A stretch of DNA of 59,611 bases, filler included, from Sanchytrium tribonematis (taxonomy: Eukaryota), in assembly GCA_018985235.1 (NCBI GenBank). It is 8 parts of 8 records of this genome, joined end to end, with 100 filler letters (N's around TTAATTAATTAA, not from the genome) between each part and the next. Parts side by side here need not be neighbours in the genome. Positions count along the whole stretch, not along the records: positions 37,420 to 44,765 come from JADGIG010000441.1; positions 44,866 to 52,205 come from JADGIG010000442.1; positions 52,306 to 59,611 come from JADGIG010000443.1; 5 more parts are not named here. One strand, given 5' to 3'. Positions 42,409-53,535 of this stretch are shown here, one piece after another (within the stretch, counting starts at the first letter, position 1; each line of letters begins with the position of its first letter). The position numbers and the translations under genes were made by a program. The notes below the pieces were generated by a model that was not told where the DNA came from, searched no databases, and saw only the letters and a list, made by a program, of their open reading frames with translations.

Positions 42409-44052
42409 TTATTCTTGAAATGCCAATAATTTAGTGATTTTACCCATTGCCACAGTCGTATTCTCTGTTCTTACAGTAAATCGCCCTAATTGTGGCACAT
42501 CTTTAAACTTTTCAGCACAAATAGCATGATCCATCACTTTAATTCTCACAATACAGCAATCTCCCTTTTTCACAAATGTCGGTGCTTTTTTTGATTTTCT
42601 CTTTGTTTTCTTATCTACCATGTGTAGTAACCCATCAATCGTAATTTCACTAGTAGCATGTCCCAAATGCATCACGGCACTATATCCAGCAGCAATAATA
42701 TGTTTTGTATCCAAAATAACCAATTGGCACTCAAAAACAGAAATGGCTTTAATGGGTCTATCTACTGCACAAATCACATTTCCAACGAATATTTCATCTT
42801 CTTCTACGCCTTTGATCTTTAATCTGATATTATCACCACTTTTAGCGCGATCAACTTCACCAGAATCATCTTCAATGGCAATGACTTGAATTTGCTTATT
42901 TGAAGGCATAATGACCAATTGATCCTTATTTTGGACGACTCCGGTGGCTATTTTACCAGAGACATAGACACCCATATCTTTAACTTTGTCTGTAATCATC
43001 ATAATAAATGGTTTGTTGATTTGGGCATTTGATAATTTGAATTCATTGAGATATTCTAGTAAAGATGGGCCATTATAATGGTCAAATACACCCTTATCTA
43101 GTCTATTTTTGACATTAGCACCCGTATAACCGCTAATTGGCATAAAATGGACATCTTCTTTGGAATAACCACATTGTTTTAAAAATGGAGCAATTTTATC
43201 AACAATTTCAGTGTATCTATGAATACTCCAGTTGACAGTGGATTCATCCATCTTATTAATGACTACTACAAGATATTTTAAACCAGCTGTTTTAGCTAAA
43301 ATGGCGTGTTCACGACTTTGACCATTCTTTTCAAATCCGGCCTCAAATTCACCTTTACGGGCTGAAATGACTAATATACCTAGATCTGCTTGTTGTGCTG
43401 CACCTATCATATTTGGAATATAGTTTTTATGGCCTGGTGCATCTAAAATGATGACTTTTTTGTTTTCTGTCTCAAAGAATGCTTTACCTGCTTCTACAGT
43501 AATACCTTTAGATCTTTCATCTTGATTGAGATCTAATGCCCATGCTAGATACCATGACTCTCTATTTTGTTCAGCGGCTTCACGCTGGTATTTCTCCAAA
43601 GTTCTTTGATCTACCATTCCGGATTGAATCAAGATTTGACCACCTAGAGTGGATTTGCCTGCATCTACATGGCCAATAAATACGATATTTAATGCATCTT
43701 TGAGATTAAAGAACTCATTGGCGACCTTTAAATCCATATCTTTGAACGTTTCTGTGATTTCTTTAAATTCGGATTTGACAACTTTTTTAGGTTTTGCTTC
43801 TACTTTATCCGCTGATTTAGATTCTTTAGTGGTAGGTTCTACTGTTTTCGACTCTACTGGCTCTGTAGGCTCAACAGGTTTGTTGGGTTTGACAATTTTG
43901 ATTTTGTTGGCATTTCCAGAAGGTTTGATTTCAGCGGCTTTCACTACTTTAGGCTTCAGAGGGGCTTGAATTTGCTCATTTTCTGGGTAATATTGCTGGT
44001 ACATATCTTGCCAGTCGTCATCAGGTGTAAAAGATTCCCAATTTTCACTCAT
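42409..44052 (-). CDS. SUP35: Translation release factor eRF3 (GTPase)
   Basis: FIGHVDAGKSTLGG, RESWYLAWALD, DAPGHK, NKMD and QLGRFTVR. Confidence 0.93.
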   Translation of the reverse strand: MSENWESFTPDDDWQDMYQQYYPENEQIQAPLKPKVVKAAEIKPSGNANKIKIVKPNKPVEPTEPVESKTVEPTTKESKSADKVEAKPKKVVKSEFKEITETFKDMDLKVANEFFNLKDALNIVFIGHVDAGKSTLGGQILIQSGMVDQRTLEKYQREAAEQNRESWYLAWALDLNQDERSKGITVEAGKAFFETENKKVIILDAPGHKNYIPNMIGAAQQADLGILVISARKGEFEAGFEKNGQSREHAILAKTAGLKYLVVVINKMDESTVNWSIHRYTEIVDKIAPFLKQCGYSKEDVHFMPISGYTGANVKNRLDKGVFDHYNGPSLLEYLNEFKLSNAQINKPFIMMITDKVKDMGVYVSGKIATGVVQNKDQLVIMPSNKQIQVIAIEDDSGEVDRAKSGDNIRLKIKGVEEDEIFVGNVICAVDRPIKAISVFECQLVILDTKHIIAAGYSAVMHLGHATSEITIDGLLHMVDKKTKRKSKKAPTFVKKGDCCIVRIKVMDHAICAEKFKDVPQLGRFTVRTENTTVAMGKITKLLAFQE

Positions 44053-44155
44053 TTGGCAAATGTATCGAGGGGAATTTGTCACCATCAAAATATGAAATAA
44101 AGAGGTATTTTATTAAATTCTAATAGTTGTAATACATTAAATCACACGAAATGAC

Positions 44156-44470
44156 TCAACGGAAGAAAGATTTGAGACCAGACCAGATAGATCTCCATTT
44201 GGTGATCGCATATCCTCCAATAAGCAATTTACCAGGAAAGAAAAAGATCCCAAGTCCCAACATCTTCCAAACACTCTTCTTCTTCTTGAATACTGCTGGA
44301 TGTGGGTTTTTTGAGTTATAATATTTGCCATTTATGTAAATCATCTTTGGTATTTTACTTTTTACGCTTTTAGTGGTATTTGTTTTAATAATAATCTTAT
44401 TCGGTTGATCTATAATAGTCATATTAGTCGGCAATGCATTCATGATCAACAGAAGCAATAAAATGTGCAT
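44156..44470 (-). CDS. Small basic protein with signal-like N-terminus
   Basis: MHILLLLLIMNA, Lys-rich, with a C-terminal hydrophobic segment. Confidence 0.4.
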   Translation of the reverse strand: MHILLLLLIMNALPTNMTIIDQPNKIIIKTNTTKSVKSKIPKMIYINGKYYNSKNPHPAVFKKKKSVWKMLGLGIFFFPGKLLIGGYAITKWRSIWSGLKSFFR

Positions 44471-44765
44471 TTGTGTTTACAGGAGATGACATTTAAAATT
44501 TTTAATCACAAATCGCAAAATGGTTACACAATATCACATGTGTCACCCAACGTATACAATTTGATTTTATTGATCAGTCTATAAAGTCTTAGCTTCCTCT
44601 GGTGATATATTCTGTGAATTATATGGCCTATTTCCGTTTGAATTCTTGACTCCCGTTTTTCTTTTTGCGTCCACAAATGCCTGTCGAAATGGATTGGTTT
44701 CTTGTTTTGGATGAACTGCTTTATAAGCTATCAATGCACCAGCTACTCCAATTGCTGCCTTTTTA

Positions 44766-44865
44766 NNNNNNNNNNNNNNNNNNNNNNNNNNNNNNNNNNN
44801 NNNNNNNNNTTAATTAATTAANNNNNNNNNNNNNNNNNNNNNNNNNNNNNNNNNNNNNNNNNNNN
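44766..44865. other. Artificial contig linker
   Basis: N44-TTAATTAATTAA-N44. Confidence 0.98.
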
Positions 44866-44973
44866 AAATTTCAGTTTGCAAGTCATTTGTATTTAATGTG
44901 ACGTCCTGGTCATCACCGTCAGTTTCTTATCGAATTCAAATGATTATTTTCTCAATTACTCTTCCCTGTTTCA

Positions 44974-46479
44974 ATGATGAAAACCGTATATACGCAAATT
45001 GAAGATTCCTATGAATCATCAGAAGAAGACATTACGATCATAGACCCGCCTACTTGGTTATCGACTATGAAAAATATAAAGAGCGAGATTCAATCCTATT
45101 TAAAATTGCTGTCTATATTGCTTCAATCTATTTGCATCTCACAGTATGCGTCTATTTCCTTATGTATGCTATTATCTCTAATTATTTATGACTTTTATGA
45201 ATTCCCCTTTTATTTAAGGCTAATTTTGTTCATAGGAAAATTAAATTGGTTTCTGACTGAAAATCAAATTGAGATACCATTTATGAAAAATTGGACAATT
45301 CAAAACCCATTGAAAAAAATCAATTATCAGTCCAAATACAAAATAGTCAACTATTTAATAAGACCTGTAGCTGAATCTTCGAGATTAACACATTTGGATA
45401 CAATTCGTGGAATTGCTGCCTTGATTGTTGTCATCCATCATTCTATTCAAGTAACATCAAAAAACAAATCATTTGTGGCTCGAGAATACAACCGCACTTT
45501 AACCAAAGCACCTACTGACTCATTCAGATATTATTTCCAACATGGAAATTTAATGGTGCCTATTTTCTTAGTCTTGAGCGGTTTTATTCTTTGTAAAATC
45601 CACTGGACACCTAAAAGAAGTAAGAATTTGAAAAGGCTTATTATTGGGAGACTTACTCGATTTTATCCTATTTTTTGGATTGCCCAAATCTTATACATGG
45701 TTTTTACATATTACAGTTTTTGTCATTGGAACAATAAGCTATTTAAACAAATTAATGCTGACGGAATGATTTCTTGCTTGACATTGACTCATCATTTCAG
45801 ATTTATTGGCTGGGGGAATCAAAATCGATTTTGCGTTTACCCAGCGTGGACATTAAGCGTAGAACTCATGTTTAATTTGGGAATGTATCTTGTGATTCGA
45901 TATTTACCAGTTTATTGGGGAATCTTTGCATTTGAATTGGCAACTTTATTTACATATTTTTCATTTACTTCTTACTTTGTCAATTCCAAAATTTTACAAG
46001 TTGGTTTCGCTTTCTGTATTGGTGTTTTATATTATAAAATATTTGGTAAATTCAAGGTATTTCGTCCAATTTTTCAAATTCCATTCGATTTTATTGTCAT
46101 CTATTTATTATGGAATATTGATTCACTTTTATTGAATAATTGGCAGTTTTATGGACCTATCTGGGGTCTGTCTTTAATTGTAGCATTGGATAATTCGTAC
46201 TTTTTAAAACGTGTTTTTGGTTATTTCAGCATTCTCGGAGATTTGTCATTTGCAATTTATTTATTGCATGTTCCTCTTGGTGATTTGATGGTGATACTGG
46301 TTAATTATGGATATATCAGCAAAATTGATAGCGATCTAAACATGCTTTTTTGGCTATTTATTTTGTGTAGTGTGAGTTATTTAATGCATATAAAATTTGA
46401 AATGCCCGTCAAGAAATATTTGGATGAGATTCTAGGGTTGCGTGAAAGAGCCAAAAAAGAGTTGAAGGAGCATGTATGA
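44974..46479 (+). CDS. Acyltransferase-3 family (OafA/YrhL-like) membrane O-acyltransferase
   Basis: LDTIRGIAALIVVIHH, FLVLSGF, RLTRFYP, WTLSVE, LGDLSFAIYLLH and FEMP. Confidence 0.88.
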   Translation: MMKTVYTQIEDSYESSEEDITIIDPPTWLSTMKNIKSEIQSYLKLLSILLQSICISQYASISLCMLLSLIIYDFYEFPFYLRLILFIGKLNWFLTENQIEIPFMKNWTIQNPLKKINYQSKYKIVNYLIRPVAESSRLTHLDTIRGIAALIVVIHHSIQVTSKNKSFVAREYNRTLTKAPTDSFRYYFQHGNLMVPIFLVLSGFILCKIHWTPKRSKNLKRLIIGRLTRFYPIFWIAQILYMVFTYYSFCHWNNKLFKQINADGMISCLTLTHHFRFIGWGNQNRFCVYPAWTLSVELMFNLGMYLVIRYLPVYWGIFAFELATLFTYFSFTSYFVNSKILQVGFAFCIGVLYYKIFGKFKVFRPIFQIPFDFIVIYLLWNIDSLLLNNWQFYGPIWGLSLIVALDNSYFLKRVFGYFSILGDLSFAIYLLHVPLGDLMVILVNYGYISKIDSDLNMLFWLFILCSVSYLMHIKFEMPVKKYLDEILGLRERAKKELKEHV

Positions 46480-46740
46480 TTTAGTAAATTAGGTTTAAGG
46501 ACGTCTTTCAAGATTATTTTCGGACAAATTTCAGAAATTTATAAATAAAAGAATCATCTATTCACTCATTAATTGTGCCGGTACTACGAAGAGAAAATAG
46601 TTCCAGTGGATGCAACAATTTTGAGTCATGAAGTTTAAATCAATTAATTACAACAAGCGTTAAGTGATGAGATCTCAAAATAGATCAAAGTATAAATCAT
46701 TTTAAATTATTCAAAGAGAGTAGTTGTTTATTGAATCAAA

Positions 46741-47941
46741 TTAGCCTTTCACAACACCAAGTTTATCAATAGCACGAGTTCCATATTCTGCCCAATCTTC
46801 TTTGGTGATCCAAAAGTGAGGTTTATCTTTCATGATATCAGCCAACACACTTCCACCCAACCACACCATATGTTTTCTTCTAGGTGGATCTTCCACCTTT
46901 ATTTTAAATTTCTTCAGTCTGGACAAGTCACCATTGGCAATTTTCTGCAAATATAATTGCTTTACTTCTCTTTCTAATCGACTTGGCAATCCTGGATACC
47001 TAAATAAATTAAAAATACATAGTAGAACCACCACTTAAAACAATGTGCTTGTACAATTCACTCCGAATATCCATATCTGCAGTTTGAATGGTATTAAACA
47101 AAAGCTCTGCAACTCCTGCACTTTCTACATCGACTAAATGAGGTTGAAATAAGACCTCTGGTGCCTCAAATCTTTCACTTCCAACTTTAATCGTTCTTCC
47201 ATCTGGTAAAACATATTTTTCAACGCAATAAGTAGTTTCTTGGGCCAACTTCATTTCTTGTGGAATATCATATGCAACGTAGCACAATTCTTCTTTGATT
47301 TCTCTAACAGTCTCAAAATCAGCGCTTTTATTAAAAGCGTATCCTCTTTGAAGAAGTAATTTGATAAGGTATTTTGTGACATCTCGACCAGCAATATCTA
47401 ATCTTCTTGTCAAATGATTAAGCGAATATCCATCATAAACTGGTACAATGTGTGTGACACCGTCACCAGCATCTACCACAACACCAGTTAATAATCCTTG
47501 GGCATATAGAGTTAAAACAGCCTGAATAGCAATGTAACAACCACTAAATTGATATTGCTCCATCATTGTTTCAACCATTCTTTCTCGGTTCTTTTTTGGA
47601 TTGAGAGGAGGCTCTGTCAACATCGTATAAGTTTCCTTTGGGTTGCATTTTAATTTTTCAAAAGTGTAATTCCAAACGAAGTGCATATCGTCCCAGTTAC
47701 GTACTTGTCCATTTTCCATAGGATAGTTCATTTGCAATAATTGTGTGAATGGTGTACATTCGTCACCGACCATGATATCTTTTACGGTTTTGCCAGTTTT
47801 CTCTTGAATGGCTTTTAGATCCGTCTGACTAGTCAAAATAGGTCTACCAACAACTGATGGAAAAATTGATGTTGGGAAATTACTACCTGCCCATCCCGCC
47901 TTAACAAATCCAGATCCATTATCAATAACGATGGGTTTCAT
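46741..47941 (-). CDS. ARP2: Actin-related protein 2; join(47941..47019, 46999..46741)
   Basis: [33 protein letters not shown], spliced [15 protein letters not shown] and [10 protein letters not shown]. Confidence 0.96.
47000..47018 (-). other. 19-nt intron GTATTTTTAATTTATTTAG
   Basis: Removal gives ACT AT|G TAT CCA GGA, the highly conserved GGSTMYPG motif. Confidence 0.92.
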
Positions 47942-48111
47942 TTTTACTGTTTCAAAAATTTGTCAAAATTTTATAGGAAATTAAACTGAATTCTTCATCA
48001 ACAGTTCATATTGTCGAAATCGAAAATAGATTTATTTGAATAATTACACTGGTCATTAGCATCCTTCAATATTTGATTAAACATTTCTTTTGTTTGCATT
48101 AATTTAGCACG

Positions 48112-49074
48112 TTATTGCTTTCTGCAGTGAAGTTTTTTCAATAAATTTGGTATTTCTTTTACCAAAATTGTATCTTGAAGTGCATCCAACCTTTTTGCAA
48201 TTCTCTCTTGCATCCATTTTTCGTACACCTCGAATTTTGATTGAAAATCTAGCTTTTTGTAATAATCTATTTGCTCCATTGGCGTGAATGTTTCTCGACC
48301 AGTTGTTCTTTTCAATTCCATTTTTAGCCAAGTTTGCTTTCCACTTTCTACATCTTGGTATTGATCTTTCCCAGTGACTGATTTGGGTAAAATATCCAGC
48401 AAGTCATCCTGAGATTGAAAATAATATCCCAAATCAATTGACAATTCATGAACATGGCCCTGCAATGAATTTGAGGTTCTAATTAGTGGATTTTTATAAA
48501 GATCTATATTTTTAGCATTATAGTGCCATGGAAGAGAAGACATCGGTTTGGGCATAGATCTGTCTATATCAGTATTATCAACATATAGGCCCAACATTAT
48601 TGGCAGATAAAAAGAATAGTAACTTGTTTTAAATTTGCAAATCGAAAAATGACAAGGATGGGATTGCATGTCTAAATGTTGACCAAACATAGTATATAAA
48701 TGACAATGATTAAATAAATTGATTATGTTTGTATAATTCGGGTGGCCTTGAAATTCTTCTAAAAGAACTTGATGAATAAGTTCCCTTAAAAAAATGCCAT
48801 CATTGATGGCACTGGTTCCAACCTGCTTATGCCAAGCCGGTTTTCCTCTTCTATATTCGGCCCCGTCCATTATATCATCAAGAATCAGATAGCTTGATTG
48901 CAAATATTCTGAGCAGGCACCTAATATGGCGGCTTGTTGTTTGTTCTGGGTCGCAATTGAAAACGCCAAATTTCCACGCATTAATTTGCCATCTAGAATA
49001 TTTGAATGGATGACGTTTTTGAAGTGAGGATCTTTAATATTGTTTGCAATTTTTTGAATTGCTGACTTAAGCAT
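48112..49074 (-). CDS. ERG20: Farnesyl diphosphate synthase-like trans-prenyltransferase
   Basis: GKLMRG, first Asp-rich motif LDDIMD..RRGKPAW, GQHLD, KTSYYSFYLP and second motif FQSQDDLLD. Confidence 0.85.
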   Translation of the reverse strand: MLKSAIQKIANNIKDPHFKNVIHSNILDGKLMRGNLAFSIATQNKQQAAILGACSEYLQSSYLILDDIMDGAEYRRGKPAWHKQVGTSAINDGIFLRELIHQVLLEEFQGHPNYTNIINLFNHCHLYTMFGQHLDMQSHPCHFSICKFKTSYYSFYLPIMLGLYVDNTDIDRSMPKPMSSLPWHYNAKNIDLYKNPLIRTSNSLQGHVHELSIDLGYYFQSQDDLLDILPKSVTGKDQYQDVESGKQTWLKMELKRTTGRETFTPMEQIDYYKKLDFQSKFEVYEKWMQERIAKRLDALQDTILVKEIPNLLKKLHCRKQ

Positions 49075-49192
49075 GAAACAAGGAATTTATTTTATATCAA
49101 ATTATACATTTTCGGGTGCCTAGCTAAACAAACATCGCTGCAACAACCGACATGCAAGGTGCTTAACAATAAACAGAAAATTTTTAATTTTC

Positions 49193-50143
49193 ATGACAAA
49201 GGAGCACTCTGTATGGGTCGAAAAGTACAGACCGCACAAACTTGATGACATTTGTGGACAAGAACACGTCACATCATCATTGAAAGGATATTTACACAGC
49301 AAAGATATGCCGCATTTGTTGTTTTATGGTGCTGCAGGGACTGGAAAGACATCTACGATTTTGGCATTTGCGAAACAATTTTATGAGATACACAATTCAC
49401 ATTATAAACAACATATATTAGAATTGAATGCTTCTGATGAAAGAGGGATACAAGTTGTCAGAGACAAAATCAAATTATTTGCACGTCAACAAATTCATGG
49501 TGTTCCGTACAAATTAATCGTTTTAGACGAGTTTGACGCTATGACAAATGATGCACAAGCCGCTCTTCGTCGAATTATGGAAGATTATGTATCAGTCACC
49601 AGATTTTGTCTGATTTGTAATTATGTTGGTAAAATTATTGACCCCATCAAAAGCAGATGTGCGCAATTTCAATTTAAAGGATTAGAATATTCCCAAATAC
49701 AAGCCAAACTTCGAAATATATGCAATCGCGAAGATTTTGAGTTATCAGATGACCGAATTACCAAAATTGTCCAATACTCTGAAGGCGATATGCGAAAATG
49801 TGTATACACTTTGCAAACTTTGAAATCTATTAAATCCACTGAGGTCGAAGATGTGCTTGGTATCGTGCCAGATGATTCCATATTAGAAATCTTGAAAGTT
49901 TTAAAATCAGAATCATTTCAAACAGTATTTGAAACGGTGAATGATTTAATGATGGAGGGATATAGTGCCAGCAACATTTTAAATCAGCTTTATGATTTTG
50001 TTGTGATGGACATGGAAATTAGTGAGGAAAAAAAGGCCAAATTGGCAATGATATTTGGTGAGTTTGACACCAACATGCTAAGGGGCAATGGGAAAATTCA
50101 ACTTTGCGGAGCCTTGGCCAAGACTCACATCGTGCTTCAATAA
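49193..50143 (+). CDS. RFC2: Replication factor C small subunit (yeast Rfc2/human RFC4-like)
   Basis: WVEKYRP, GAAGTGKTS, LELNASDERGI, AQAALRR, TRFCLICNY and SRC. Confidence 0.85.
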   Translation: MTKEHSVWVEKYRPHKLDDICGQEHVTSSLKGYLHSKDMPHLLFYGAAGTGKTSTILAFAKQFYEIHNSHYKQHILELNASDERGIQVVRDKIKLFARQQIHGVPYKLIVLDEFDAMTNDAQAALRRIMEDYVSVTRFCLICNYVGKIIDPIKSRCAQFQFKGLEYSQIQAKLRNICNREDFELSDDRITKIVQYSEGDMRKCVYTLQTLKSIKSTEVEDVLGIVPDDSILEILKVLKSESFQTVFETVNDLMMEGYSASNILNQLYDFVVMDMEISEEKKAKLAMIFGEFDTNMLRGNGKIQLCGALAKTHIVLQ

Positions 50144-50237
50144 ATTTGGTCAAAATTATACTATCAATTAATTTAGAAAATGATTGTTTGAGAAAATTGA
50201 GAGCTTGCGACGTCGCTTTCGAACATCATTCGTTCAA

Positions 50238-52205
50238 ATGAGTTCTGATGACTTAGTGAATCTGAAAGATAAAAACAAAGATTCAGTAGTCGATACGATT
50301 CATACTTTACTAAGCAATAACAAACATGCTAAAATGGGATCTCAAGTACTTATAACAAGCCAAACTTTAAATGTTTATGATCCTCAGCAATACATAGAGG
50401 GTTACAAAAATAGCAAAGAGAAGTGGAGAACGGATGCGCATCCTTTTCAGCAAGTTAATCAAGCTTATTTTAATTTAAGAAGGCTAGCTAAGGATCAAAC
50501 GATTGGCTATTTGGGAAATGGCGGAGAGGTGAGAAATCAAATGATTTATTATCTTGGACAGGTGATGGGACACAAGAGAGATATTAAGTATTGCAACAAG
50601 GTTGCGCAGGCAATAAAAATTCACGAATTGATGCAGTCTGCTGATTTACAAGGCGAGTCACTTCCAAGATGCGGAGTTATTGTCCAAGCTCAAATTAACG
50701 AAAGGGGGCATCTCAACGGTTTTCGCTTAACTTCTACATTAGGTGATCATAAAAGACTATGCGGAAAGGGATCAAACCAGCGAAACTTTGATATATTTTA
50801 TGCTTTACTTGCAGCTACAGATTTGCTGGAATTGAACTTGGGCAGCCCTTCAGATTTTTATTATTTGAATCGTTACGACGTAAAGATTAAGCCAAAAGAC
50901 GCATCAAATTATCAATCTTTAACTCAAGCTATTTCGACTTTCTTTAGTGAGGCATCCAAAATGCATTTTTATAAAGTTTTGGCAGCCATTTTACATCTCG
51001 GAAACATTCAATTTACAAATGATGATAAACAAGCTGCTAAAATCAGCAACCCTGCTACTCGTGATTTAATTGGCCAACTATTAATGGTCGACCCTAATGC
51101 TTTGGAAGCTTCTTTGACTGTCAATACTCAGATTAGAAAGGGTGAGTACATTACGAAAGTATTGAATGCACAGGAATCTGCATCTCAAAGAGATTTATTG
51201 GCGAATCAGCTTTATTTTATGATTTATGCTTGGTTTATTGAACATATTAATAAGAAGATTTCAAGCTCTGATTATGCCAATTCTCTTATATTTGTGGATT
51301 TGAAGCCAATATATCAAAATGACAAAGAAAATGACCTTTTTGACTTTTTGTCAAATTCGACTTATCAGTCTTTCTATGAATTTGCAATGAAGCAGATTAT
51401 AATTGATCCAAATATGAATATGCAAGTTCAGGGTCATGCTTCTGCTCCAACACAATTCAAAGCACAAATTGAGCTTCTTTTTGGCAACCAGAAAAAAAGT
51501 ATTTCTCAATTGATCAACAAATCCACTTCAAATGGCAACACTTTCGGCGAACTACTTCAAGATATTAGACAAGAATATCAGAGTAATGAGATTTTCACAA
51601 CTGGTAGATCTGCACATTATTTTGGATTAGAGCATCTTGGCCAAACTGTTTTTTATAATGGTCAGAGCTTTATCACCGATAATATTGATTATTTGAGTAA
51701 TGATCTCGTCTCTTTAATGGCTGGAAGTGCCGAATTCCCACCATCTGATCACCCTATCTTGATGAAATTGTTTAAATCAAAAACAATCAAAACAATTGCA
51801 CAAAAACAATCAAATGTATTAGTCCCCGCCAAAGAAAAACAGCAAACACTTGTGAACCATTATTCAAGTGCTTACTTTAAACTTTTGTCTATTTTAAAAG
51901 AATCAATGCTTCATTTGACCATTTTGACTCAAAACATCAAAAAAGACCCAATTAAAAAACAATTACTGCAATTATTAAAAGAATTTAATGGTGACTACAT
52001 TTTAAGAATGTCTTTTAATGATTTTACGTTAAAGTATGCTCCAGTTTTACAGATGGATCCACTTCCAAATGCTGAATATTTAATGCAATTTAAAATTAAC
52101 AACAATTACTCTGACTCTGATGTATTTATTGGTCATTCTCAGGTATTTTTGAGTCATGCTGTGTTTAATCAATTGGAAATTAAATTGAAATATCACCAAA
52201 TACAG
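50238..52205 (+). CDS. Degenerate myosin-motor-like domain, probably the N-terminus of a myosin-chitin synthase (3'-partial)
   Basis: AHPFQ..AY..LRR..DQ, RNFDIFYALLA, LAAILHLGNIQF and QRDLLA..LY..WFIEHIN; no canonical GESGAGKT P-loop. Confidence 0.7.
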
Positions 52206-52305
52206 NNNNNNNNNNNNNNNNNNNNNNNNNNNNNNNNNNNNNNNNNNNNTTAATTAATTAANNNNNNNNNNNNNNNNNNNNNNNNNNNNNNNNNNNNNNN
52301 NNNNN
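52206..52305. other. Artificial contig linker
   Basis: N44-TTAATTAATTAA-N44. Confidence 0.98.
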
Positions 52306-52530
52306 TTCTTGCATTTGAGCTTCAGCAAGCTTAAAATCAATTTTTTTACCTCTTGTCTTGCGTGGTAAGATTTCAGGTCTTTCAGGGTCTGTTTCTAATT
52401 CATCCAATTCTTTTTGCAACTCCTCGCCCTCGAAAGAATCATCAGAGGAACTTGCCATAGAATCTTCATATGCTTCTAATTGATTTTCAGCAATGTGTTG
52501 TAAATGTTGCAAATCTTGAGCGTCACTCAT
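52306..52530 (-). CDS. Chz1-like H2A.Z histone chaperone (3'-partial)
   Basis: Acidic protein with ILPRKTRGKKIDF, resembling the CHZ motif RRTRGxxIDY/F. Confidence 0.6.
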
Positions 52531-52647
52531 CTTGTATGGAAAATTATTTTAAAATTATAAATTTGCCCAATAGTTGCCGATTTATATTTAAGTTTTAAAA
52601 GGTCCAAGAGCTATTCTAAAAGTTCTTCGCCTGGCCAAGATTTTAAA

Positions 52648-53526
52648 ATGAAGAGTTTAAATAAATTACTAGGAGTAAAACAAATGTTGAGACAAATTCT
52701 AACAAAATCGTTATTTCTTGCTGCTGCCCCCATTCACCTTCATAATCAGCATACATTTAAGCAGCTATACAACTACTATGCAAATAATGACAAATTAGGT
52801 AGAAATGAAATTCTCAAATTATTTGTTGGAACCGAGGTAAATGATGACAAATCATTGTCAACAATTATACCAGATCACCTCACTTTCAAACAATTTGCAG
52901 TACTTTATGAGCTATTGAGCACACCCAGAAGAAGACTACTGCTTGCATTTAAAACTTTAGATGTTGATGGAAACCAAATTCTTACTAAAGACGAGCTGAG
53001 TGCCATCTCTGTTGTAGAAAAGGATATGAGCTTCAAAGATTTTCAATCCTGGTTGGAAAAATTGCAGGAGACTTTCACGCAGCTAAAATTTAAGACACAC
53101 TCTGAAGATGGGAAGATAAGTGGTTCAACAGTTTCAAAACTCATTAATTTAGTTAAACCTCTCCCCAAAAGCATTTCGAAAAACGGCGACTTATTGGCAT
53201 CTGAACTTTTAAATTCTAAAGAATTTAGCGACATATGGAAAATTTTGAACGAATCTGAGAAGCTTCATGATGTATTGGCCTTTTTAGGTCCTAAAAATAT
53301 AGATTTACCTCTTTTTTCAAGAGCAATCAATGCGGCTGCATCATCAAGTGGGTTTACGGTGGCTCCTAATACAAGTTCATTTCTATTTAGTTTATTAGAT
53401 GTTGATAAAAGTGGACATTTGGACAGCAAAGAAATTATTAATTTTTTTGAATCGCATTTTGATGCTCGCTCTGGAAGCAAACTTGTTCATTGCTTTAATC
53501 AGGCCAAAGAATCATTAGAGTTCTAA
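52648..53526 (+). CDS. MICU-like EF-hand mitochondrial calcium uptake regulator
   Basis: LSTPRRRLLLAFKTLDVDGN, FKDFQSWLEKLQ and FSLLDVDKSGHLDSKE are collinear with MICU1 motifs; transit-peptide-like N-terminus. Confidence 0.68.
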   Translation: MKSLNKLLGVKQMLRQILTKSLFLAAAPIHLHNQHTFKQLYNYYANNDKLGRNEILKLFVGTEVNDDKSLSTIIPDHLTFKQFAVLYELLSTPRRRLLLAFKTLDVDGNQILTKDELSAISVVEKDMSFKDFQSWLEKLQETFTQLKFKTHSEDGKISGSTVSKLINLVKPLPKSISKNGDLLASELLNSKEFSDIWKILNESEKLHDVLAFLGPKNIDLPLFSRAINAAASSSGFTVAPNTSSFLFSLLDVDKSGHLDSKEIINFFESHFDARSGSKLVHCFNQAKESLEF

Positions 53527-53535
53527 TAAAACATA

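Noticed and set aside
46500..46720. U3 snoRNA-like boxes on the minus strand (TACTT, GAGTGA, GATGA, TCTGA)
   Set aside because: These are short motifs in AT-rich DNA with poor box A and spacing. It cannot be supported without an Infernal/Rfam search.
7413..52305. Regularly spaced TTAATTAATTAA palindromes flanked by N runs, about every 7.4 kb
   Set aside because: These are artificial six-frame-stop linkers joining length-sorted contigs. They are not biological repeats, and ORFs running through them are artefacts.
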